From: Haliotis cracherodii
Taxonomy: Eukaryota
Length of the DNA stretch: 64,000 nt
NCBI RefSeq assembly: GCF_022045235.1
Contig: NW_027266270.1
Span: 9,486,001-9,550,000 of the forward strand
Direction: 5' to 3'
A program made the position numbers and the translations under genes. Positions 53,152 through 64,000 of the stretch are shown here, in pieces. The notes beneath the pieces were generated by a model. The model did not search any database and had not been told where the DNA came from. It was given only the letters and a program-made list of their open reading frames with translations. Numbering within the stretch: position 1 is the first letter of the stretch; every line of letters begins with the position of its first letter.

Positions 53152-55299
53152 GTAATATCTCGTTTTCGCACCTGTATTTTTATTTCACCAATTTTCCGGA
53201 TATCCTTGAAGACGAGTAGGTCAATCTCACACAACGGCACACTGCACTCATTGACTGTCCAGCTGACAGCTTCATATTAAGAGCATCCTCTCATATCGGA
53301 CGGACACGCATATGGCAGGGAAACGGGTCGATTGCTATGCAGTCTGAAAAGTAACATAATTATTCGTTGTTATGTCGACCTGTTATTCCACTGATTTACA
53401 CCTATAAGTATAAAAAAGGCATGTATATGGAACATAGATAGGCAGTTGCTTTAATCTGATATGCATTCAAACTTTTAAACATTCTTTGTTATTTACGAGT
53501 TGCATTGTTCTTAATGGGAACACACTCGTGTGACATTCATCCTCACAGTTGGGTCAGGGTGCGCTGCTTTCTCCCTGCATGTTACCATATCTACATAATA
53601 AAGATTCAGTCGTGCAAGACATAATGTGCACTGGGCATGAAGAGAAGTGACTTGGTCTAGCTTTACCTTTGGAAATGTCATGTGACATTTAGCGTGATAT
53701 TTAAGCCTTGGTTGGTATCCGATGTACGTAATCAGCACATACTTCCACTACCTCGATACTACCTCGATACTACCTCGATACTACTTACTGTAGTACGTGT
53801 AGCCTCCATCCTACTTACTTGAGTAAGTATAGACTCGATGCTACTTACTTGAGTCATTATAGCCACGATAGTCAATACTTCCTTTCTATAAGTAAACATG
53901 TATGTGATACGATTGAGGCGGTGACGAGATTTATCATTTTCTGAAATTACGGCAATTTGTAGCAGACAGACAGACGGACGGGCGGACATAATTATATTTC
54001 TGGACTCAAGGCAATATGTTATGTTATGTTATGTATCTGTCAACATGCTGTATACAGAATAGCAAAACAATCAATGCTTATTATTGACACTAACAAAACT
54101 ATGAAAGAGGTTCACACAACGAGTGGCAGGTTCCTTATTTTCTTAACATTTTTCAGGAACAAAAAACAATACACATTAAAGTCTTGGTGCATGTACACTA
54201 CAACAGTCGCAGAAAACCTTTGACAGATGGATCATACGAAATATGAAGGGAAACATACTTCCCTTATGTTTTCGTATCGTTTACACTTCCCCAGCACAAG
54301 ATACTTAACATGTACAGTATGACAAGCGTGATCGCATTAACATGGTCTGTAACTAAATGCAGTCAGTTATGACTCCCAGGGTGGAAATGTATAACAGATG
54401 GCTATGTATCATTGATTTATATATTTATTTATATATTTATTTATTTAGAATGCATANNNNNNNNNNNNNNNNNNNNNNNNNNNNNNNNNNNNNNNNNNNN
54501 NNNNNNNNNNNNNNNNNNNNNNNNNNNNNNNNNNNNNNNNNNNNNNNNNNNNNNNNNNNNNNNNNNNNNNNNNNNNNNNNNNNNNNNNNNNNNNNNNNNN
54601 NNNNNNNNNNNNNNNNNNNNNNNNNNNNNNNNNNNNNNNNNNNNNNNNNNNNGCAAATATGCCAAAGCATACATATCAGCGTTTGAATATACTTTGAAAA
54701 TGAAATGCCACTTTATAAATTATATAAAGTGATAATCATTTTCATTATGAATTAAAACCAGGCTTTTGTGAAACAAAATTATTTATTTTGAAAATGTTAT
54801 GTTGAAAATAGAGGATAGTTTTCGTTAAGATATTATATGATTTACATCATACATCACTTGCCGTTTACTATGGAAATGGACGTGATCATTGACGCTACCA
54901 AAAAAATGTAACTTTGGCTCAGAATCACTCGATGGCAGAGGTATGAAAATAGGGTGTCTGACCAGTTAGGGTTCATTGACACGGGATTTGTCGCTCCCTG
55001 TAGCAGGCAAAGAAAACCAGAACGAAAGTGTATCGCTGATCAATTTCATTGCCATAGTTAATGTTTAATTCATGTTAAATTAAAATGTTTAACATGTTAA
55101 ATGTACATATTGATATGATACATTATATGTTCAAGGTGTTCATATATGTATATCATATGTTCAAAGTAAAGTAGTTCCGACTGAACTGAAAACAATATTA
55201 CCATATCATGAACATCTTTTCCGAGCGATCGGATCCGGTCAAGTGAAAGTTTGTACAAACACTCATGAAATATTATTTCCAGGTTCAACTTTTATCAAG

Positions 55300-55745
55300 A
55301 TTATTTTACACAACTTACGATTGTTTTCTCGATGTTTCTAATCCTGAGCTATAAGAAAGTAAATTCATTTCGAACATGTTAGGTTCAATATAATATTTTT
55401 TATGAGTTATTTCCTCTCTTTTTTCAAATGATGGACAAATAAACAAATTGTGAGAATCATCTCCTATGTCACGGTTGGCAGAGTGGGCATTTTTTTTGCA
55501 GTTTGTGGTATTTGCCTCCATCTGCCTGTCTCAAATGGTAAATTGTGATTGGGTAACCCCACCTTTAGTTAAATTCTCCTAACGTTTTCATCTGTATCAA
55601 CTAAATAGTTTTCAAAATTTAAACAATCACTCGTTTACAATTATGTAATGGATTCTTAGGAAGATTTATCTTTTGCAGCTACCCAGGATTGTAACTAGAT
55701 ATCATTTAGTATATCCCTAACTATATTTTAAAGATAACCTTGGCT
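55300..55745 (-). mobile_element. Decayed LINE ORF2 C-terminal fragment
   Basis: PNHNLPFETGRW and IGDDSHNLFICPSFEKRE motifs. Confidence 0.7.
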
Positions 55746-56469
55746 TTAAAGAGTTTGTGATTTGATCTTGACATACAAGTTTTGATCTTCTTAAGCGCTT
55801 TATCTGTAAACAGCATCGTGGGCTGACTCACTGCCAATTGGTTGTACAATGTTAATTTCGTGATCCGTTTAAATTAGTTGTATTTCTATGTAGGCATTTT
55901 TTTGTATTTGTCTGATGTTAAATATTCACATGTCTTAACTTTGTGACACGTATCACTGTTAAACATCTAAACAAATATCAAAGTTTGACAAAAATGCTTT
56001 GACCAGACCAATGTTATCTATGCTACTTGATATCCATTTTTTTTCTCTGCGGGTAAATCGTTTATTAATCGTGACACATTTTGATTTTTGGTTTCAAATC
56101 AAGGTCATCCGAATTAAAGAATTAACTCATATTGATTTTGTTTTTCAAATCATGGTCATCAGAATTGATAGCTCCCAATAGTAACACCGTTGATTTGATA
56201 TTTGTATAATTCAAAGGATCGGTGTGCATTTCATAGATTGTTAAACGAATGTGTTTATTATCTGGCAGCGAACATTATTTACACAACAGACGTAAAACAC
56301 ATGGTCTACAACGAGATGTGTACTAAGAATTTTCCCGTACAATTACTGGAGGCCAAAGGCACATTAAGTTAGCTCGTTTATGCATTCCCTTGGGCATCAA
56401 CTGTGTTCAACTCCTTGCTGATCTGTTTATTTGTTGTGATCTGTTTGATATTTAGATCTATGTAAATAG

Positions 56470-56990
56470 ATTCAGAGTGAACACAACTCTCCAACGACTG
56501 TATGAGAACAGGGATGACATCAACTTTCCAATAGTCAACTTTCCCTTAATGTCGAGCAATATTTCATCAGCTTCCGCCTTTGGTGTCTTCAGTTCACAGC
56601 GTTTGAGATACAATCGAGAATATTTTTTCTTCGAAGATTTCAAGGAGCGTCATGCGACTCTTACTCAAAACTTGTTTAATTAGGGTTACAACATTCAGTA
56701 CCCCAGTAAAGCGGCCAAATGTTTTATAGTAGACAAGTAGAGAACATTTCCAAATTTGATGCTTCGTTGACAAAAATGATGTCCGATGCGGTTCACCATT
56801 TTGACTTGTACCATATTTGAATTGCATCTGCAAGTGTTTGTGACGGGTGCCACTGGTAGGACATGACAGATACGCCCACCTTTTCGCGAACACCTGGTAT
56901 CATCACTATGTAATAGTGGTCCATAAACACATACTCATGATATATTTGGAATCGTTCAATTGACTCTGTTTTAGCATGTATTTCTCCTGA
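56470..56990 (+). mobile_element. Penelope-like element RT C-terminal fragment with conserved 3' terminal segment
   Basis: RLYENRDDINFPIVNFPLMSSNISSASAFGVFSSQRLRY matches the LYDKRDDFxFxIVNFPxLxSNIP...YGVYISQLIRY PLE-type RT thumb. The 3' segment is repeated at ~59060-59200 and partly at ~43915-43970. Confidence 0.75.
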
Positions 56991-58249
56991 ATATGGTAAT
57001 GGTTTGTTTACTAATTTGTAACGCTAACTTATTAATTGCATTTCATAGCGTATATCATATTTCAACTGATGATTACTAGTATATTGCTCATATTTGTTAT
57101 CATTTGTCTCTATTTTTGAAGTATTTAAATTTTTCTATCATTCTTGTCAATGACCATAAATACATTATTGCCCTGGTCTGTATGGTATAAATAAACAGCA
57201 ATGATATTTTACCCATTATAAAATCGTAGAAAACTTTGTAGGAAATAATCCAAATATACGATGGATTTAAAACGCGGTTTTCTTTGTCACTGACTATTAA
57301 TAAACCGATATCAAATGTTTAATGTATAAAAGTTGCCTCAAAGTGTGTCTTAGTTTCATTACTATCATAAAGCATACATTAATTTGCACTGTTGAAAATC
57401 CGAGAACGTCTCCTTGATATGAGGTATCTGTGTACGGATTTGCGCCTAGACGAGCATATGTTAATAAAGTGCTTGAAAATTAGTTCATAGAAACGAACGA
57501 CATTATGATCAGAAACGATTATATGTTACAAATACTTTACTGGCAAGCTGAATATATACATATAATTGTCCCAAAAGGACATCAAAACGCCAGCATGAAA
57601 AACGCGTCCTGAGTTTTCTTCATTGGCCAATTATCCAAAGAAATTCCTCAAATCTTCAGCAACAATTAAAGATATTGAAGTTCTTGACCCTCAAAATTAA
57701 TCAACATTACCGCTTTGACTTACTGTCTTACCGCGATGTACATTATGAGTTGGTGTATATCTTTTGTATTAAATGCTTTACAGAACATACATCATTAATC
57801 AATTGTTTAGTTTTCCTGAAGTAGTCTCACCTGGTTTTAACAAACCATTTCATGTACTCGTGTGTAATAATCAGCATGGGAAAAGAAACCAAGTTGTCTC
57901 TCTACTCTCACCGAACACTGATCTGCTTGTAGACATGTTTTGAATGTGTATATGAATATCAAAAGAAGATCACACATGAATAAGAGAAAAAACATTCGAA
58001 TTCATCAAATCTTCAGCAAAACGTCTTTACATTTATCTGAAAGGAACACATCCAAGAAAGTGATTAAAAAAATCCAAACATTCCCATGCGTACCAAGTTC
58101 AACATTTTCACAATTTTTTTTTTTTTTTTTACAATTTTAGACATGGTGCCTTTTAAAGAGTGTTCACTTGCAGCTATATAGGATTGCATTTGAGTTGCAT
58201 GTAATATCATTTGATTCATCCTTACCTACATTTCTTTTCTAAGATAGCT

Positions 58250-60110
58250 TGATCATGACTTTGACTTTGAACATTTTGTAACTAGGGCCTAGTGATTCAC
58301 AAATTCGTTTCGTGCATATCATCCATTATTTTCACATTTTCCCATTATTTTAAGTAATGTATACATGATGAAAGATAATTAAGATTTTTTTCCCAGACAG
58401 GAAGTTAGCATACATATACATAGAAATCATTCTTATTTTGAATAGGTTAGCGAGATGACATTTTCCAAGTTCACCATATATAATGTTATTTGGAGAACAC
58501 CTCTCAGTGACGTAAGGTGTTTAAGAAAATGAAAATGATTAGTTTCTGTGATCAGAATATTTTTAAATACGCATATCTCACTACCATAGAGAAGAATTAG
58601 TTTAACCACGGCGTCAAAACGTCTTAGTTGACATTCAGTTGACAAATGTAATTTCCGCCCTTGGCAAAGCATATTAATTTTGCGTCGTACAAGTAAATGT
58701 TCAAATTGTTTGCACAATAAAACCAAGGTATTTATAGGATTCCACTTGTTATAATGTCCTTTCACCCACTGCTTTAGTAATCACTTTTAGACCCCCGGAA
58801 CACATTACTGTAGTCTTGGAAGTATCAATAATAATCCTCCCGGTTTTACAATACCTATCAAATGAGTCTAACGTATTTTGTAAATACTTCGCATTTGATG
58901 CCAACAGAACTCCGTCATCTGTATACATTAATATATAGTTATAACATTTTCTATTCGTAATTTAGGAACAAAGCAAACAACAGAGGTGACTGTTGACTTG
59001 CAACAGACTTATATGAAATGAAGGAATGATTTGTACCAGTACTTGTACTTGTATTACTTGACTTTGCATGTGTTTGTGACGGGTGCTACCGGTGGGGAGG
59101 ACACCCTCACCTTTTCGCGAACACCTGGTATCATCTCTATTTGATAGTGATTCATAAGCACACATACTCATGACATAGTCGGAATCGCACTATCTACTCT
59201 GCTTTTATTTAGGCAAAGATTTCTATTGGATATGGAAAGGGTTTCGTCGATTTACTTAATTAAAATGCTTTTTCGAGATCAACAAAATGATTTCTTTTTC
59301 TCCACTTTCAACATTTTTCTATAAGCTATATACGGTAAAGGTAAGGTGATCGCTGGTGTGATATCCCTTTCTAAAACGTGTTTGAACTTCAGATCAGATT
59401 AAATTTGTTTCTTAAATATTTGAAAGCGGGTATTTATAACATTTTTTTCGATTCCCTTTATTCCCATAGATTGTCTTGATAACTCCTGTTAGCTTATAGA
59501 AAAAAATGAAAGTGGAGAAAAAGAAATCATTTTGTCTGGGATGATATGGCGTCGGGAAGTATATTGAAAAAAAGTTTAACATAAACCACCATGAATACAT
59601 CAATGGTGGTTGAAATATACTTGTTGAGGATGTTATCAAGTCCCGGAGCTTTGTTATTGTTAAAGAATCCATCACTTTATCTCTTATCACATTGTAAGAA
59701 CTGTGTTGTTTTCCGCGTTTATATTCTTAAAGTTATCGAAATATAACTTAAAGTCATCTGCCGTCTCCTCGCTCATGGTTTTGAAGAAATTAAATAATAA
59801 TATAAGTAATTAAATTTTGAGGTTTATGTTCTCCGACAGCCTGTTTTTGCTTTTGTAGTTTACAAAATGACCGAGGATCTGTTTGTTTCAACAATTGTAT
59901 CATTTCTCTTGCATTTTTTGTGTACAATTCTGTATACTTTGCACGACAATTTCCATATAATTTACCAGCATTCATCAATGATTGTTATTCTGGAAAGATG
60001 TGCAGTCTAATATGGTTTATATATTTTGTATTAAATGCACCACGGTTGTCATTTGCCATTTTAGTTTTCCTCAAATAGTCCAACCCAGTTACAACAAACT
60101 ATTATATGTA
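58250..60110 (-). mobile_element. Decayed, interrupted LINE ORF2 (RT region)
   Basis: KAPGLDNILNK (~59652-59620), YTDDGVLLAS (~58925-58896), LILLYGSEI (~58600). Interrupted by a PLE-end copy at 59060-59200. Confidence 0.7.
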
Positions 60111-60576
60111 TCTAACAAACAGTATCAAAAAATATATCATGATTAGACCACACATGCATCAGAGATAAATATTTAAGTTGATGTAATAAAACATGTTTTA
60201 AATCCGTAGTATGCTAGCATGATGCTTTGAAATTACGCACAACAATTGCTATAAATATGAAATATAACAAAAGTACCCAGGCTTTTGTAATAGTGTAATA
60301 GTATATCGATTTTTGATTGTGTACTTCTATTTATGGGTAACACCAAACGATGTATGCATGATACATAACAAATATATTCTGTATCATCTTGTTGAAATAT
60401 ACAGTGTTCACGTTATAGTTCATCGTTATTCCGAACATACTATTGTAACGATGCAACTGCACCTGCGCATATAATTGTGCAATTACACCACCCCTAACAT
60501 ATGAAAGGCAATTGTAATAAATAAAAACTTTAAAAAGATAAATATTGTACATTCAAAATGAACATTTCTTGACCAG

Positions 60577-60819
60577 ATCCTGCACCGCGCTGGACAATCC
60601 TCCACCCAGAGCACTGGACAACGGCCGAAGTAGCAGGATGGGTAGACTCCGTCGCCAGGGCGAACAACTTGGGCGAAGAGGACCATCACATTATTAGCCA
60701 AGCCTTTGAAACAGTGACTGGAAATCAGTTGATTGCAATGAAGAGAGGAGACTTTATCAACACCTTGGGAAATACTGGAGAGTTTATGTACCAAACCTTT
60801 AGGACCATGTTTATAGCAG
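60577..60819 (+). CDS. Exon encoding a SAM-Pointed (PNT) domain, ETS-family-type gene
   Basis: AG/GT-bounded 243-nt phase 1-1 exon translating PAPRWTILHPEHWTTAEVAGWVDSVARANNLGEEDHHIISQAFETVTGNQLIAMKRGDFINTLGNTGEFMYQTFRTMFIA. This fits the PxxWTxxxVxxW...F...GxxL.....F...GxxxY PNT signature. Confidence 0.8.
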
Positions 60820-61796
60820 GTATATTTACATTTACGTAGACCACATACAAATATCAACAAAAAGGAACATTGTAACTCATATGACATAACATTCAAAGTG
60901 ACAATCGATAATTGAGACGTTCTGATTTTCCTTGTGTGCAAATATTTCAAATGCTGTCTACTATATCTATTTTTTAAAGAAATACTGCACGGAGATGGGT
61001 TCAAAAAGAAACTTTCCTTTAACTTAAACATTTTTTGTGGTGTTAGTAAAGGAGATATTTGTTTTAGATGGTAGTTGTCTTGAGGACTGGAATGTAGCTG
61101 AAAGACATGTTGCGACAGTCCCATCTGGAGTATAGCGGTGGGCAGTTCGGCCCAAACGGTTTCATTTTTGTCTGTTAACATTTGATGACCGAAAGACAAA
61201 TTGACTTGTCTCATGTAAAAGCCACAAAATCATTTCCGTAATGAGTACGATTCCGACTGTCATACCCTTGAGTTTATGAATCACTACATCCCCTGCATTT
61301 CATGCGTATTTCTATTACATACAGCTTATCACATTTACATCGCTCAGTCCCTCTGACAATTATTGGTGTTTCAGCCAATGCAGCTTATACTAATCAGAAC
61401 ATGGTATCATTTAGTGTTATTTGTTGATTGCGACAGTATTCTGTTTCGAACTGTAGGTATGTGGTAACCTTGTGGCGATGACCGTATATTGAACCGCTCT
61501 TGGGATAAATGAAACGTCTTACGTATGTGTATCAATATCACGGTAAACTGATCGGCCTTAATCTATGCAAATGTTCTAGTGACGTTCCTATATTCGGAAG
61601 TTGTGTTTGTAAACGTCTCATCATTTTGGGGCTCCGATTTATTAAATTAATCAGGTCAGTCGACTTTGTGATCAAATGATGTAACATTTGTTTCATCGTT
61701 CAGGTGACTCTCTGGATTATATTGACAAATGTTAAAATATACCATTTTCTCTCTACCTTTACCAATATATGCCCCGACGGTCCTACAAAAATATTC

Positions 61797-61950
61797 GGGG
61801 TGGTGGGGTAACCTAGTGGTTAAAACGTTCGCTCGCCAAGCTGAAGTTCTGGGTTCGATTCCCCACATGGATGCAATATGTGAAGCTTATTTCTGGTGTC
61901 GCCCGCCGTGATATTGCTGAAATATATAGCTAAAACCACTCACTTACTCA
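61797..61950 (+). mobile_element. SINE family 1 copy
   Basis: A/B boxes (GGTTCGATTCC), same body, ACTC-type tail. Confidence 0.85.
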
Positions 61951-61988
61951 AATATATGTTTATGTTAAGTATTCTTTTTCTGCTGCAG

Positions 61989-62111
61989 TCGATGACAGAG
62001 GAATGAAAGATACTCGATCTCTCACACCAATATCAGAAAAGACGGACTCAGACAGTTCCCCAGAACCAGATCCCGACTCCCGTCAAGATCAACATACGTC
62101 CCAGCCCACAG
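61989..62111 (+). CDS. Next coding exon of the PNT gene (Ser/Pro/Asp-rich linker)
   Basis: Polypyrimidine-CAG acceptor and G|GTAGT donor, phase 1-1, open: DDRGMKDTRSLTPISEKTDSDSSPEPDPDSRQDQHTSQPT. Confidence 0.65.
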
Positions 62112-63109
62112 GTAGTGCCAGTCACTATTATGCTAACTTCAACATAAAACACACAACAATGCTCATTATATTTCGATGTATTGTATCAATAGCTGACGAT
62201 TTATTGTACTAAAATAACTGTGTGTTTGTTGTTGAACGAGTACCAGACTACCCCGTGATTGATATTCTCGAGGTAGGACGACAAAAAATCAACTTAGTCT
62301 CCGAGCTGGACCACGGATCCATAAAATCCATTTTAAGACAAACATAGGTTTCTTGGAACCAGTACTAACCCAACCCCCCCCCCCCCCCTGGAGGTCTTAT
62401 TTAAGATGTTGATGAAAATGATAAGTATGAGGAGTATTGTTTAATGATAATGATTTTGATTAATTGATGATGGTGATCGGTGTAGATGACTACTGATGAT
62501 TGTGTATTTTGGACTAGGTTGATGATGATGATGATGAGGATGACATATTTTTTATTACTATAGATATGTTGATAATTATTTATTATGATTGATAGTCATG
62601 GCGTGTGTGATTGACGGTGAAAGTGCTGATAACTGATGATTGGGAATGTGGATGCTGAGGTGTTGAAAATTGCGATGATGTGATTTTCTGTTCTACATTC
62701 CAGCATCCTCTCACCAACCGGAACATCACGAAGGAGGCAACTCGACGATTTGCTCTCAGAGATGACACAAAATGGATCATAGAAAATAACCAATTTGAAA
62801 TAAAGTAGCCAGACTGTATCATATGTCTCAATGTCTTTCACTTCAGAACACTATGTTGTGTCCTATCTGATAAACGTGCTCGGGGATAATCATACTCCAT
62901 TATTATTAGGTGCGCTAGAAACCTTTTATCATGGGTCTGAATCCGAGTTAGCTCTGATAATGTTTCTAGGTTTGTAAGCATGATGCTATCACGATACCTG
63001 CTTACCTTTCACAACAAGCTCACCCATCGGGCCATAACTGAAATAGTATGTAACACGACACGAAACACAACCTACACACATTCATTCACACTCTTGATCC
63101 ATTCCAAGT

Positions 63110-63257
63110 CGGGCGGTGGGGTGGCATAGTTGTTGTGCCGAAGCCCCGGGTTCGATTCTCATTTGGTACAACGTGTGAAGCCCATTTCGGGTATTACCCA
63201 CCGTGAGATTGCTGGAATATTGCTAAAAGCGGCGTAAAACTATATGCACTCACTCAT
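63110..63257 (+). mobile_element. SINE family 1 copy (an additional 3' fragment lies at ~63660-63727)
   Basis: Same body and tail. Flanked by ccattccaagt direct repeats. Confidence 0.85.
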
Positions 63258-63386
63258 TCCATTCCAAGTTACTATATTCGATGTACACTGGCAAAAGGGC
63301 GCTGGTATGAAGGAATGCTACATTTCGCTCGAATCAGCAATTTCATATAACAGCGTGAATCAGCCTAACTAGTGATGGATATTGTT

Positions 63387-63659
63387 TGCACGGGTGGCCC
63401 AGTCGTCTAAGAAGCCGCAATTCGCTGTGCAGAGTTGCGTCCCTTGGGCATGCCAGAAGCCTATGATTGTGGGTTCGAATCCCGGTTCACCCCGATTATG
63501 TTTCTAGGTTTGTCAGCACCATACCCGTGCCCGTGGGTTTCACCGAAGTGGTAAACGTCTGAGACCTGCATCACTGGCTTTCCGCCCACATTAAGCTGAC
63601 ACGCCACGATATAACTGGAATACTGTTAAAAGCGGCGTTAAACCCAACTCACTCACTCA
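63387..63659 (+). mobile_element. SINE family 2 copy
   Basis: Collinear with the reverse complement of 36974-37249. Confidence 0.9.
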
Positions 63660-64000
63660 TTTCTGGTGTCCCCCGCTGTGATATTGCTGGATTATTACTA
63701 AAAGCGGCGTAAAACCATTCACTCACTGACCACCCGATCCATTAAGTCGCCTCTTATTACCAGCATATGGCCAGTTGTAACCCATAATCCTCACGGCGGA
63801 GGTATGGTGGAAAGTGTAGGCAACGTTACACGAAATCGGGGTACGGTGACAAACTGTTAAACAGTCTGACAGCATGGTCACAAAACTGATAATTGATGGT
63901 CATATTCATGCACACAAGCCTTTATGGATTCCAATTTTAGTCTCACTTACTCAAAGAACGGCATTATTGAGGGGGTCGGAATGATGATAAAAATCCAAAA

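Noticed and set aside
60483-61214. 243-aa minus-strand ORF
   Set aside because: No recognisable domain. It is largely the antisense shadow of the plus-strand PNT exon.

Overview
Eukaryotic, AT-rich, repeat-rich invertebrate genomic DNA. The SINE, LINE and Penelope-like content suggests a mollusc, possibly a gastropod (inference). There are 5 N-gaps. Positions ~0.7-42.1 kb hold a tandem cluster of seven 5-exon genes for small (229-258 aa) BTB/POZ proteins related to the gprs/'serine-enriched protein' BTB type. The cluster consists of two near-identical copies in a 4394-bp tandem repeat (A1, A2), an internally deleted third copy (A3), three diverged minus-strand paralogs (C, D, E) and one plus-strand paralog head-to-head with E (F). 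The ORF track misses these genes because they are spliced. All paralogs share an N-terminal MNxxDSRxxLLD motif, a beta-TrCP-degron-like SSGY(D/E)S motif and a 7-codon last exon. The intact paralogs also share a rigid promoter: CACGTG E-boxes exactly 30 bp apart (one E-box in F), then GAAGCC-N3-RTGTCAACAT, then TATA. Their 3' regions look coding-like and contain chains of AUGA stop-start overlaps in the -1 frame. The right part has a 32-bp minisatellite (with an inverted variant), (CT)n and 36-bp C-rich arrays, and a symmetric NF-kB/ETS/CCAAT element upstream of exons encoding a SAM-Pointed (ETS-family type) domain. Three SINE-like families (several with TSDs and empty paralogous sites) and many decayed LINE/PLE fragments are interspersed.
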